Assembly (NCBI GenBank): GCA_026418655.1
Contig: JAOAAW010000063.1
Span: 9,835 to 73,834 of the forward strand
From: a bacterium
GTDB taxonomy: Bacteria > Ratteibacteria > UBA8468 > B48-G9 > DTJG01
Length of the DNA: 64,000 nt
Reading direction: 5' to 3'
Shown here: in pieces, positions 1 to 8,068 of the stretch
How positions within the stretch are numbered: position 1 is the stretch's first letter
How the letters are laid out: every line of letters starts with the position of its first letter
Made by a program: the position numbers and the translations under genes
The notes under the pieces: generated by a model
The model's database searches: none
Told to the model about the DNA's origin: nothing
Seen by the model: only the letters and a program-made list of their open reading frames with translations

Positions 1-797
1 ATCTTGATCAGATCAAAATATCCCTCAACAATTATTGAAAATCCAACAGTTTTTATTCTTTCCTTTGCCCAATTCAATCCATAGAAAAGACTGCCTTTCT
101 TAAACACATAATTCTCAGCAGTGTTAAGATACTTGGGTTGCTGCTGTTCATCAATAGCCCTTGCACCGAATCCCACAACATTGTCCCTATGGTCAAAAAT
201 TGGGATCATCACCCTGTGTTTGAATACATCCGTATACGTATTGTCTTTTTTTACAATCAGCCCTGCCTGTTCAAAATCTGAAATTTTTAATTTTTTTTCA
301 ATAATAAATTCTGTCAGTTTATTACCTGAAGGTGCATAACCAAGGCAAAAATGTTCTCGCTGGGATTGCCCGATACCACGCTTTTCAAGAAAATCAACGG
401 CATTGTTTCCTGAGTTTGATTCAAGTGATGAAGAAAAGAAGTCCTTTGCAACTCTGTTGGCTTCAATTATTTCTTTTTTTCTTTCATCATTTTCACTGTC
501 AAACTGGTGTAAAGAAATTTTGACACCTCCCATCTCAGCAGCAATCCTGACAGCTTCCCCAAAGCCAATGTTTTCCATTTTCATTAAAAAAGTGATTATG
601 TTTCCTCCAACACCACAGCCAAAACAATGGAAAATCTGTTTTTCTGAGCTGACAAAAAAAGAGGGTGTTTTCTCAGGGTGAAAAGGGCATAGTCCCTTAT
701 AACTTCTTCCTGATTTTTTCAGCTGCACATACTTTGAAATTACTTCAACTATATCTATTTTGTCAATTATCTCATCAATCTTTTCAGAAGGAATCAT
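1..797 (-). CDS. dnaG: DNA primase (partial; runs off the left edge of the window)
   Basis: Not in the ORF track. Manual translation from ATG at 797 gives MIPSEKIDEIIDKIDIVEVISKYVQLKKSGRSYKGLCPFHPEKTPSF...FHCFGCG (CHC2 zinc finger), with TOPRIM IIVEGYFD near position 1-40. Confidence 0.96.
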   Translation of the reverse strand, partial: MIPSEKIDEIIDKIDIVEVISKYVQLKKSGRSYKGLCPFHPEKTPSFFVSSEKQIFHCFGCGVGGNIITFLMKMENIGFGEAVRIAAEMGGVKISLHQFDSENDERKKEIIEANRVAKDFFSSSLESNSGNNAVDFLEKRGIGQSQREHFCLGYAPSGNKLTEFIIEKKLKISDFEQAGLIVKKDNTYTDVFKHRVMIPIFDHRDNVVGFGARAIDEQQQPKYLNTAENYVFKKGSLFYGLNWAKERIKTVGFSIIVEGYFDLIK

Positions 798-857
798 AAT
801 AGGCCATACCCCCTACTTCCTTATTCTTTTTAGGAATTGTTTTTTCACCTGGTGTTA

Positions 858-886
858 GTTATACCTGCGAGATGCCTGAGTGTCAA
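858..886 (-). promoter_or_regulatory. sigma70-type promoter for dnaG
   Basis: Minus strand TTGACA-17 bp-TATAAC. Confidence 0.6.
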
Positions 887-937
887 GATATGGACAAAAT
901 TATTTTTAGTTTTTTTAAGATAGGTTATAATTAATTT

Positions 938-1432
938 ATGCTCTTCAGAATAATCAGAACTATTATCGGAGCAGCGTTTCTCTTCCTCATAGGATACTAT
1001 TTTGGCTTGAAAGGAGTCAGGTTCTATCAGGTTATTTCTGAATCCATGCTTCCAACACTTGAAGTGGGAGACCGTTTGGTTGGTGAAAAAATTGGAAAAT
1101 TAAAATATGGAGACATAGTTGTCCTTGATGATCCTATGGAAAAAGAAAGTGTAATAATTAAACGCGTTGTTGGTCTTGAAGGAGACCTGATAGAAATAAG
1201 AAACGATGGGTATCTCTATAGAAACAGAGAAAAAATTGAAGAATCATACATTCTTGAAAAACCACAGTATGTTGTTACACCTGTAAAAATAGCACCGGGC
1301 AGAATTTATGTTCTTGGAGACAACAGGAATAATAGCGCTGATAGCAGCATTTGGGGACCTGTTTTGATTAATTCTGTGAGAGCCCGCATTCTATTAAGAT
1401 ACTGGCCAATTAAAAAATTCAAAATCTTCTAA
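938..1432 (+). CDS. lepB: Signal peptidase I
   Basis: N-terminal TM, SESMLPTL (catalytic Ser), IIKRVVG (catalytic Lys), GDNRNNSADS. Confidence 0.95.
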   Translation: MLFRIIRTIIGAAFLFLIGYYFGLKGVRFYQVISESMLPTLEVGDRLVGEKIGKLKYGDIVVLDDPMEKESVIIKRVVGLEGDLIEIRNDGYLYRNREKIEESYILEKPQYVVTPVKIAPGRIYVLGDNRNNSADSSIWGPVLINSVRARILLRYWPIKKFKIF

Positions 1433-1435
1433 AAA

Positions 1436-1462
1436 AGATACGGACCTGAATGGTCCGTATCT
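1436..1462. terminator. Probable bidirectional intrinsic terminator between convergent lepB and HU
   Basis: Perfect 11-bp stem AGATACGGACC-tgaat-GGTCCGTATCT; the A-run on its left gives a U-tail on the minus strand. Confidence 0.8.
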
Positions 1463-1483
1463 AAAATAACTTAACAACATTAA

Positions 1484-1753
1484 TTACTTTACTGCAGCCT
1501 TCAATTCAGAACCGGGCTTAAACACTGGAACATTCTTGGCAGGAATCTTAATTGTTGCTCCGGTTCTTGGATTGCGACCTGTGCGTGCTTTTCTTTTTAC
1601 CACCTTAAATGTACCAAAACCAACCAAGGTAACCGGTTTTCCCTTCTTCAAAGATGCTTTTATGCTATTGATAACAGTTTCCACTGCTTCGGCTGCTTGC
1701 TTTTTTGTTATACCAACCTTTGCTACTGCTTCTATCAATTCTCCTTTATTCAT
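1484..1753 (-). CDS. hup: HU family DNA-binding protein
   Basis: MNKGELIEAVA...GFGTFKVVKRKARTGRNPRTG; strong SD AAGGAGGTGA. Confidence 0.97.
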   Translation of the reverse strand: MNKGELIEAVAKVGITKKQAAEAVETVINSIKASLKKGKPVTLVGFGTFKVVKRKARTGRNPRTGATIKIPAKNVPVFKPGSELKAAVK

Positions 1754-1786
1754 CCTGTTTCACCTCCTTTCAATTATTTTTTCATC

Positions 1787-1815
1787 AATATATCATTGGC
1801 TTTTCAACTTGTCAA
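1787..1815 (-). promoter_or_regulatory. sigma70-type promoter for HU
   Basis: Minus strand TTGACA-17 bp-TATATT. Confidence 0.65.
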
Positions 1816-1828
1816 GTGGCTCCTGCTA

Positions 1829-1857
1829 TTGACTGGTAAAGGTTTTAGAATTATCGT
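1829..1857 (+). promoter_or_regulatory. Putative promoter for tilS (leaderless geometry)
   Basis: TTGACT-17 bp-TATCGT, with the ATG 6 nt downstream and no SD. Confidence 0.5.
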
Positions 1858-1863
1858 AATTGT

Positions 1864-3255
1864 ATGAGCAAGGAAATACAACGACTTAGCGAACAGGTAC
1901 AAGAAGAAATCCGCAGTATTCCTTGTACCGGAGGAATTTTGCTTGCTGTATCAGGTGGACCCGATTCAATAGCGCTTGTAAATATAAGCGCTGAGAATTT
2001 ACAGATAAAAGAAAGAATGCATATTGCTTATATCCACCATGGGCTGCGAAAAAATGCTGACAAAGAGCTTCAGTTTGTAAGAAATCTCGCTAAAAAAATT
2101 GGAGTGCCTTTTCATTACAGAAAAATCAGGGTTAAAAAAACTAAAGGAATATCTCTGGAAGAACAGGCGCGCATTAAGAGATATGAAGCCCTTGTAGATA
2201 TAGCAAGAAAAACAAAATGCAAGGCAATTTTAACAGCCCATACAATGGACGATCAGGTTGAAACAGTATTACTTAATTTCATAACGGGTGCTGGCTTAAA
2301 AGGTCTTTGTGGCATGCAAACCGTGTCAGAAATAAATAAAAATGTATTGCTCATAAGACCTTTTCTTTCTATATCAAAAAAGCAAATTCTTTCCTATCTA
2401 AAAGAAAAAAATATTAAATTCATGTTGGATGAGAGCAATATTGACACAAAATTCAGAAGGAACTTTATTCGGCATAAAGTTTTACCACTGCTTGAAGAAA
2501 TTAACCCAGGTGTTAAGAAAAATATTTACAGAACATCGAAGATTCTATCGGATGATTTTGATTTTATCAATTCTGAGGTGGAAAGAACTGTGAAGAAGCT
2601 TGTTTCTAAAAACAAACTGTTTTTACAATTTCCTTTAAGAAAATTTTTAAAGATGCATACATGTCTGCAGAGATATTTTATAAGAAAACTGCTTATGGAA
2701 TTCTGTAATCTCTCATATCCAGCTGATTTTGAAACAATAGAAAAAATCAGGATATCTATTATAGATGGTAAAAAGATTTCTATTGATAAATTCAATATTT
2801 CAGTCGTGTGCACAAAAAATGAAGTAAGACTATTAAAAAATGGTATCTTTGAGAAATTGCTTGCTGGTAAAATATTTATAATCAATGTTCCGGGCATTAC
2901 GGAAATCAATGACCTGAACTGGAAAATTTCAACATCTTACAGGAAATTTTCAAAAAAATTTTTGCACAACAAAAACAGGCTTATTGCATATATAGATGCA
3001 GATAGAATAAAGGGTAAACTTGTATTGAAACAACCAGAAAAAAACTGTGTTTTTTCTCCCCTTGGAATGAAGAAAGAAGTAAAATTTAAGAAATACTGGA
3101 AAACACATAAAAAACAGATAGAACAATTTGTGGAATTTCCTTTTGTCATTGAAAATAATGGAAATATTGTCTGGGTTGTTGGCGGTCATATTTCGCAGGA
3201 TTATGCAATATCAAACAAAAGTCGTGTCCTTGAAATATCCGTAACCAAGCATTAG
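1864..3255 (+). CDS. tilS: tRNA(Ile)-lysidine synthetase
   Basis: PP-loop SGGPDS, HHGLR, AHTMDDQVET, RNFIRH, plus C-terminal TilS domains. Confidence 0.96.
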   Translation: MSKEIQRLSEQVQEEIRSIPCTGGILLAVSGGPDSIALVNISAENLQIKERMHIAYIHHGLRKNADKELQFVRNLAKKIGVPFHYRKIRVKKTKGISLEEQARIKRYEALVDIARKTKCKAILTAHTMDDQVETVLLNFITGAGLKGLCGMQTVSEINKNVLLIRPFLSISKKQILSYLKEKNIKFMLDESNIDTKFRRNFIRHKVLPLLEEINPGVKKNIYRTSKILSDDFDFINSEVERTVKKLVSKNKLFLQFPLRKFLKMHTCLQRYFIRKLLMEFCNLSYPADFETIEKIRISIIDGKKISIDKFNISVVCTKNEVRLLKNGIFEKLLAGKIFIINVPGITEINDLNWKISTSYRKFSKKFLHNKNRLIAYIDADRIKGKLVLKQPEKNCVFSPLGMKKEVKFKKYWKTHKKQIEQFVEFPFVIENNGNIVWVVGGHISQDYAISNKSRVLEISVTKH

Positions 3256-3308
3256 AATATAGCATCTTTTGAAAAGTTGTGATGAATAAGCAAAAAAAGG
3301 GGTAAAAA

Positions 3309-4433
3309 ATGCTGTACAGAAAGTTTGGTAATACACCATATCAAGTTTCCATTCTTGGATTTGGTGCAATGAGATTGCCATCACTTCCTGATGGAACGGT
3401 TGATTTTGATAGAGCTACAGAATTGATAAGATATGCAATTGAACACGGAGTAAATTTTATTGACTCCCACCATTTCTACCACAATGGCCAGAGTGAAGAA
3501 GCCATCGGACGGGCTATTAAAGGATTCCCGAGAGAAAGATTGATTCTTCAGACAAAAATAGGTATGTATAATAACTATACTGATGAACAGTGCTGGCATC
3601 TTCTTGAAACGGCATTAAAAAAGATGAATACAGATTATATTGATTTTTATTTAACCCACAGTTTGAACTGGGAATCTTATCTTAAATACAACAAACAATT
3701 TTTGAAATTCACGCAAAAAGCGCTTGACCAGAAATTAATACGCTATATAGGATTTTCTGTTCATGACTCTGTTGAAAACATGAAAAAAATTATCAATACC
3801 GGTGAATTTTCTACCATGACTGTGCAGTATAATCTTCTTTACAGAGAAAGTGAACAGGCTATAGCAGTTGCAAATGAAAAAGGAATGGGAGTGGTTGTGA
3901 TGGGTCCTGTGGGTGGTGGAACATTTGGAAACCCAGAAGAAGAGATAACAGAGTGGATAAGTTCCAGGGTTAACAGTACAGCCAGTTTAGCATTGCGTTT
4001 TGTACTATCAAATCCGAATGTCCATGTTGCAATCTCCGTAGTGAGTACACTTCAGCAGATAGCTGAAAATATTGAGACAGCAAGTAATTTTATCCCACTG
4101 GACAATAAAGATATTAAGAAAATTGATGAAATCGTTCAATCAAGAAAGGCACTTCTTAATCTCTATTGTACGGGTTGCAGGTATTGTATGCCATGTCCGC
4201 ATGGTGTGAATATTCCAGGAAACTTCCACTGGTATAATGTTGCAAATGTATACGGTGTGAAAAAAAGAGCATTGGAGAAATATTATTCAATGAAACAGGA
4301 AGAAAAGGCACACAGCTGTACAGAATGTGGAGAATGCGAACCAAAATGTCCACAAAAGATACCGATAAGAGGAAAACTTAAAGAAGTTGCAAAATACTTT
4401 GAAAAAAATGAAATTCAGCCAGGCAAGGATTAA
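3309..4433 (+). CDS. Aldo/keto reductase with C-terminal 4Fe-4S dicluster
   Basis: MLYRKFG..VSILGFGAMRLP AKR start; CTGCRYCMPCP and CTECGECEPKCP. Confidence 0.92.
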   Translation: MLYRKFGNTPYQVSILGFGAMRLPSLPDGTVDFDRATELIRYAIEHGVNFIDSHHFYHNGQSEEAIGRAIKGFPRERLILQTKIGMYNNYTDEQCWHLLETALKKMNTDYIDFYLTHSLNWESYLKYNKQFLKFTQKALDQKLIRYIGFSVHDSVENMKKIINTGEFSTMTVQYNLLYRESEQAIAVANEKGMGVVVMGPVGGGTFGNPEEEITEWISSRVNSTASLALRFVLSNPNVHVAISVVSTLQQIAENIETASNFIPLDNKDIKKIDEIVQSRKALLNLYCTGCRYCMPCPHGVNIPGNFHWYNVANVYGVKKRALEKYYSMKQEEKAHSCTECGECEPKCPQKIPIRGKLKEVAKYFEKNEIQPGKD

Positions 4434-4848
4434 GAGAGTTTTTATTGTAAGGCTGGAAGATAAAGAGAAACTTCCTGATACAATAGAATCTTTTGCAAAA
4501 AAATACAAAATACATCGTGGAATCTGCATAATGATTGGTGGAGTAGGTGGTGGAAAACTTGTTTCTGGACCAGAAAAATCAAATGTTTTTCCTGTTAATC
4601 CAATTTTAAGAAACATCACTGGAACAAGTGAAATTTTAGGAATTGGAACCATTTTCCCTGACAAAAATAACAACCCGAGACTTCATATGCATGCATCTAC
4701 AGGAAGAAAAAATAAAACCCTTGTCGGATGTATAAGACCAGGCATAAATGTATGGAAATTTATTGAATTTATTATTCTTGAGATTGTTGATTCGAAAGCG
4801 GTTCGCATAAAAGACAATAAGGCGGGCTTTTTAATTCTTGAACCATAA
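4408..4848 (+). CDS. PPC (DUF296) domain protein
   Basis: VRLEDKE..IGGV...EILGIGTI...LHMHAS..GCIRPG pattern; start taken at MKFSQ. Confidence 0.85.
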   Translation: MKFSQARIKRVFIVRLEDKEKLPDTIESFAKKYKIHRGICIMIGGVGGGKLVSGPEKSNVFPVNPILRNITGTSEILGIGTIFPDKNNNPRLHMHASTGRKNKTLVGCIRPGINVWKFIEFIILEIVDSKAVRIKDNKAGFLILEP

Positions 4849-4851
4849 TTT

Positions 4852-6834
4852 ATGAGAAAAACATGCATTGTTATTTCATATAACATCTCAATTTCATCAA
4901 GCGCTATTAGAGTATTAAAGACCTATCTTGAAAGTGTTTCAGGAAATTTCGTCGATGTAATTTTCAGCGAAAAAGAACTTCCTAAGGATTGCAATCTTAT
5001 TATTATTGGAAACCCTGAGAGAAACAAAAGAATGGGAAAGTTTTGTGGTGCAAAATCTTTGAGGAATTTAAGAGAAGATGGATATCTCCTTCGAACACTG
5101 TCAGAAAAAAACAGATATATTGTACTTATCTGTGGAAAAACGGAAAAAGGTGACAAATACGCAATATATCATTTGATGAGAGAAATCAAAGTATCAGGGA
5201 AAAAAATAGCATTTCCACATCTCGATATCCGTATAAACCCTTTTATCAAAACAAGAGAAGTCGTTATGGGAGATGCCTGTCCATGGGACCCATTTTTTTA
5301 TGAAAATCAAATCAATGTCGATGAAAGAGCCGAAACATATGATACTATTTTCAATTCTGAGGCCTGCTATTTGAACTGTCCAGATAGATTTAGAAAAAAA
5401 TACGCAATGAAAAAAATTGTTGAAAAGTATTGTATAGAAAATTGGGAAAAAGTGACATTGCTTGATTATATCAACCAGATGGATTCTTTTGGATTCAATT
5501 CAATACAGTTTTATGATGAAGCAGAATCATACATGCATAGTGGCTGTCTCGTAAATCGTAGACAGCTTAGAGAAAAAATCATTTCAATGATGGACCAAAC
5601 AAGAAAAATTGGAAATCGTATTTCATTCACAATCTGGGGCGCATATGCATGGGTGCAGAACAACATAAGAGTTGTCTCTGACTGGGATGATCCCCTATGT
5701 GATGAAAAGGTTGTTTTCTCACCCGATTTCCAGATTAAAGATTCAAAGTGCTGGAACAGTGCTGAGGGAAGAAAAAAAATCCAGGCTCACTTAAATTATT
5801 TTACTGGATACATAAAATTAGTTGACCATATCATCAGTCATTTCTATGACCCTGGAGGTTGCAATCAGAATGGTTGCACCATTGGCACCTGCGTAAGAAT
5901 AATGAACTATCAGACAAGAAAATTCAGAAGAGTTAATCCAGACCTTCAGGCAAGTTTTAATCTCTGGCCACTAACTTCAAACCACGAAGGCTTCAGCAAA
6001 GATGAGGTTTATTCAAATCTTACAAGAACCTGGTCTAAAACATTTACCTGGTGGAATTTCACAAAGGTTGTTGACCTGCTCGACCCTGATATCATGATAG
6101 CAAACAGATGCTTTGATTATGAAATTGCTGAAATGTGTTCAAAATGGAAAAGAAAATATGGACTCTGGACATGGTACACTTCCGATCAGGAAATTACAGC
6201 TTCCCTTCATGTTGAAGCAGAGAGATTGGGAAGGGAATTCGGTCAATTACCTGAAGAAGCTGGTTCAATTTTAGAATATGTTTGTGTTCCATCAAACTGT
6301 CACGGATTGAATAGTGCGTCTATATACATTGCATCAAGATTGTTGTGGGAACCAAAAAGAAACCCGTTTGAAATATTAAAAGAATTCTGTAATTGTGTAT
6401 TCGGTCCAAAAATTTCGGATGCAATCTACAGCGGATATTATGCTATTGCAAGGATAAGAAATCGTGATATTAAAGGAGATAGTGCCTTTAATGATGCATA
6501 TCTTGGCGCAGGAACTCCGGATGTTGAAAAAGATATAGAATTATCAGGCGATGCCCTCTATAAACTCAATAAAATTTCTATAGATTCCTGCTGGATTCCT
6601 AAAATCCCTATCGTTATAGATAGAGAAATCATGCTGGAGGACCTCAGAGAACATGTAAAAATGATTCATCAGTATGCAAGATTCAGACAGGCCTATCTAA
6701 AACTTTCAAGAAAAGCAAGGATAACAGATTCAGACTGGAAAAAACTTCCTGCTGTTGAAAAGTTCAAAAACACAGGCGGAATGATTGAATGGAGGAAATG
6801 GCGGGATATTTTAAATTTAAGCCCTATGAAATAA
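4852..6834 (+). CDS. Hypothetical glycoside-hydrolase-like protein (GH20/GH67-type N-terminal domain)
   Basis: EDGYLLRT...ICGKTEKGDKYAIYHL N-domain pattern; probable TIM barrel follows; no signal peptide. Confidence 0.55.
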   Translation: MRKTCIVISYNISISSSAIRVLKTYLESVSGNFVDVIFSEKELPKDCNLIIIGNPERNKRMGKFCGAKSLRNLREDGYLLRTLSEKNRYIVLICGKTEKGDKYAIYHLMREIKVSGKKIAFPHLDIRINPFIKTREVVMGDACPWDPFFYENQINVDERAETYDTIFNSEACYLNCPDRFRKKYAMKKIVEKYCIENWEKVTLLDYINQMDSFGFNSIQFYDEAESYMHSGCLVNRRQLREKIISMMDQTRKIGNRISFTIWGAYAWVQNNIRVVSDWDDPLCDEKVVFSPDFQIKDSKCWNSAEGRKKIQAHLNYFTGYIKLVDHIISHFYDPGGCNQNGCTIGTCVRIMNYQTRKFRRVNPDLQASFNLWPLTSNHEGFSKDEVYSNLTRTWSKTFTWWNFTKVVDLLDPDIMIANRCFDYEIAEMCSKWKRKYGLWTWYTSDQEITASLHVEAERLGREFGQLPEEAGSILEYVCVPSNCHGLNSASIYIASRLLWEPKRNPFEILKEFCNCVFGPKISDAIYSGYYAIARIRNRDIKGDSAFNDAYLGAGTPDVEKDIELSGDALYKLNKISIDSCWIPKIPIVIDREIMLEDLREHVKMIHQYARFRQAYLKLSRKARITDSDWKKLPAVEKFKNTGGMIEWRKWRDILNLSPMK

Positions 6835-7909
6835 GTTTGCTCACCATTTCAACCCTTTCAAAATCAGCATTCGGCGGAACATTATCACTCATTCCAAGAA
6901 TAAAAGAGCGCTTTGTTTTCAACGGAAGAATAACCTCATTGATGTATCTTATAAAATCCTGTTTTGTTCCACCCTCTTTACAGACAAGCACTGATGGAAT
7001 ACCACCCTGAAGCACAACTTTATTATCAAGGATATCAAGTGCTTCTTTTAAGGTAATCCTTGCCATTGGCGCGGTAACTATTGCTTCAACAACATCCAGA
7101 CCACAACCAGGAACAAGTGGCAGCAGATTTTCAGTTCTTCCGCACCAGTGACCTTCAAAGATTTTTCCTTTTTCTGAAAGTATCTTTTTACACTCCTGAT
7201 AATAGGGAATTGCATATTCTTTGAAAATCGGTGGAGTTATCATCACCCCATCCATATTGTCACCTGTTGCAATCACATCAGCATATCCATCTGCAAGAAT
7301 TTTAATTCCCTCAATGTATTTTTTGAAATAAGTGTCTAACAATTCATCAACTTCTTTCCTGTAATCAATCCATAGATAAAATGCATTCACATATCCTGCA
7401 TCAATCTTTGCAAATTGAATAAAAGGGACAGAAAAACAGCCATTTAGAACAATACCGTCATCGTCTGTCTCTTCAAGTGCTTTTAATGCTGGCTGGTAGT
7501 CGGGTTCATAATATGTTGCCTCTGCAATGTATTTCATTATCCTGATGTCATCTATTGTTTTTATGAAATGCTCAGAAAGATGTCTTGTGCGATGCTCTGT
7601 TTCTGTTTTTTTATGTATGCATCTGACTGAACCAAGCGGTGTCGTAATTTCAGTTATGGTTGTTTCATCAGTATCTATTTTTTTCGTTTTTATGCTGCTA
7701 TCACAACTTGCCTTTATTCCTGGCTGCCTGTTCCAGATATAGCCACCAATAGCCCTCACAATATCATTTCTGGTCATTCCCCTATATTTTTCTGGTAGAG
7801 TTCCCTCAGCAGTATTAACGTGGAGCCAGTAATCAAAATTCGGTGCCCACACAAGACAATCAACCGTTTCATTTTTCAAAGCCTTTAGAAATCTTTCTCT
7901 CTTTGTCAT
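6824..7909 (-). CDS. Uroporphyrinogen decarboxylase/MtaA-CmuA family protein
   Basis: MTKRERFLKAL start, TPLG, GDNMD, HWCG, LQGGIP, SDNVPPNA. Confidence 0.88.
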   Translation of the reverse strand: MTKRERFLKALKNETVDCLVWAPNFDYWLHVNTAEGTLPEKYRGMTRNDIVRAIGGYIWNRQPGIKASCDSSIKTKKIDTDETTITEITTPLGSVRCIHKKTETEHRTRHLSEHFIKTIDDIRIMKYIAEATYYEPDYQPALKALEETDDDGIVLNGCFSVPFIQFAKIDAGYVNAFYLWIDYRKEVDELLDTYFKKYIEGIKILADGYADVIATGDNMDGVMITPPIFKEYAIPYYQECKKILSEKGKIFEGHWCGRTENLLPLVPGCGLDVVEAIVTAPMARITLKEALDILDNKVVLQGGIPSVLVCKEGGTKQDFIRYINEVILPLKTKRSFILGMSDNVPPNADFERVEMVSKLIS

Positions 7910-8000
7910 GTTTCACCTTTAATAATTTATGTTACTACAGGTAAAACCATTTTTCCAGATTTTTTATTTTGGTCTCTTTATTATTCCAACATCTATGGAC

Positions 8001-8028
8001 TTGCCAAAATTTCTTGGGGGGGTAAAAT
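8001..8028 (+). promoter_or_regulatory. Promoter with a G7 tract in the -35/-10 spacer
   Basis: TTGCCA (8001-8006), 16-bp spacer containing GGGGGGG (8016-8022), TAAAAT (8023-8028). Confidence 0.6.
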
Positions 8029-8050
8029 CAGGCTGGAAGAAGATTTTACC
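8021..8050. repeat. 9-bp perfect inverted repeat (operator or recombination site candidate)
   Basis: GGTAAAATC-N12-GATTTTACC overlapping the -10 box. Confidence 0.65.
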
Positions 8051-8068
8051 AATAAAAAAGGTGGAAAT

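Noticed and set aside
121..681. Plus-strand short ORFs in the track
   Set aside because: Antisense shadows of dnaG
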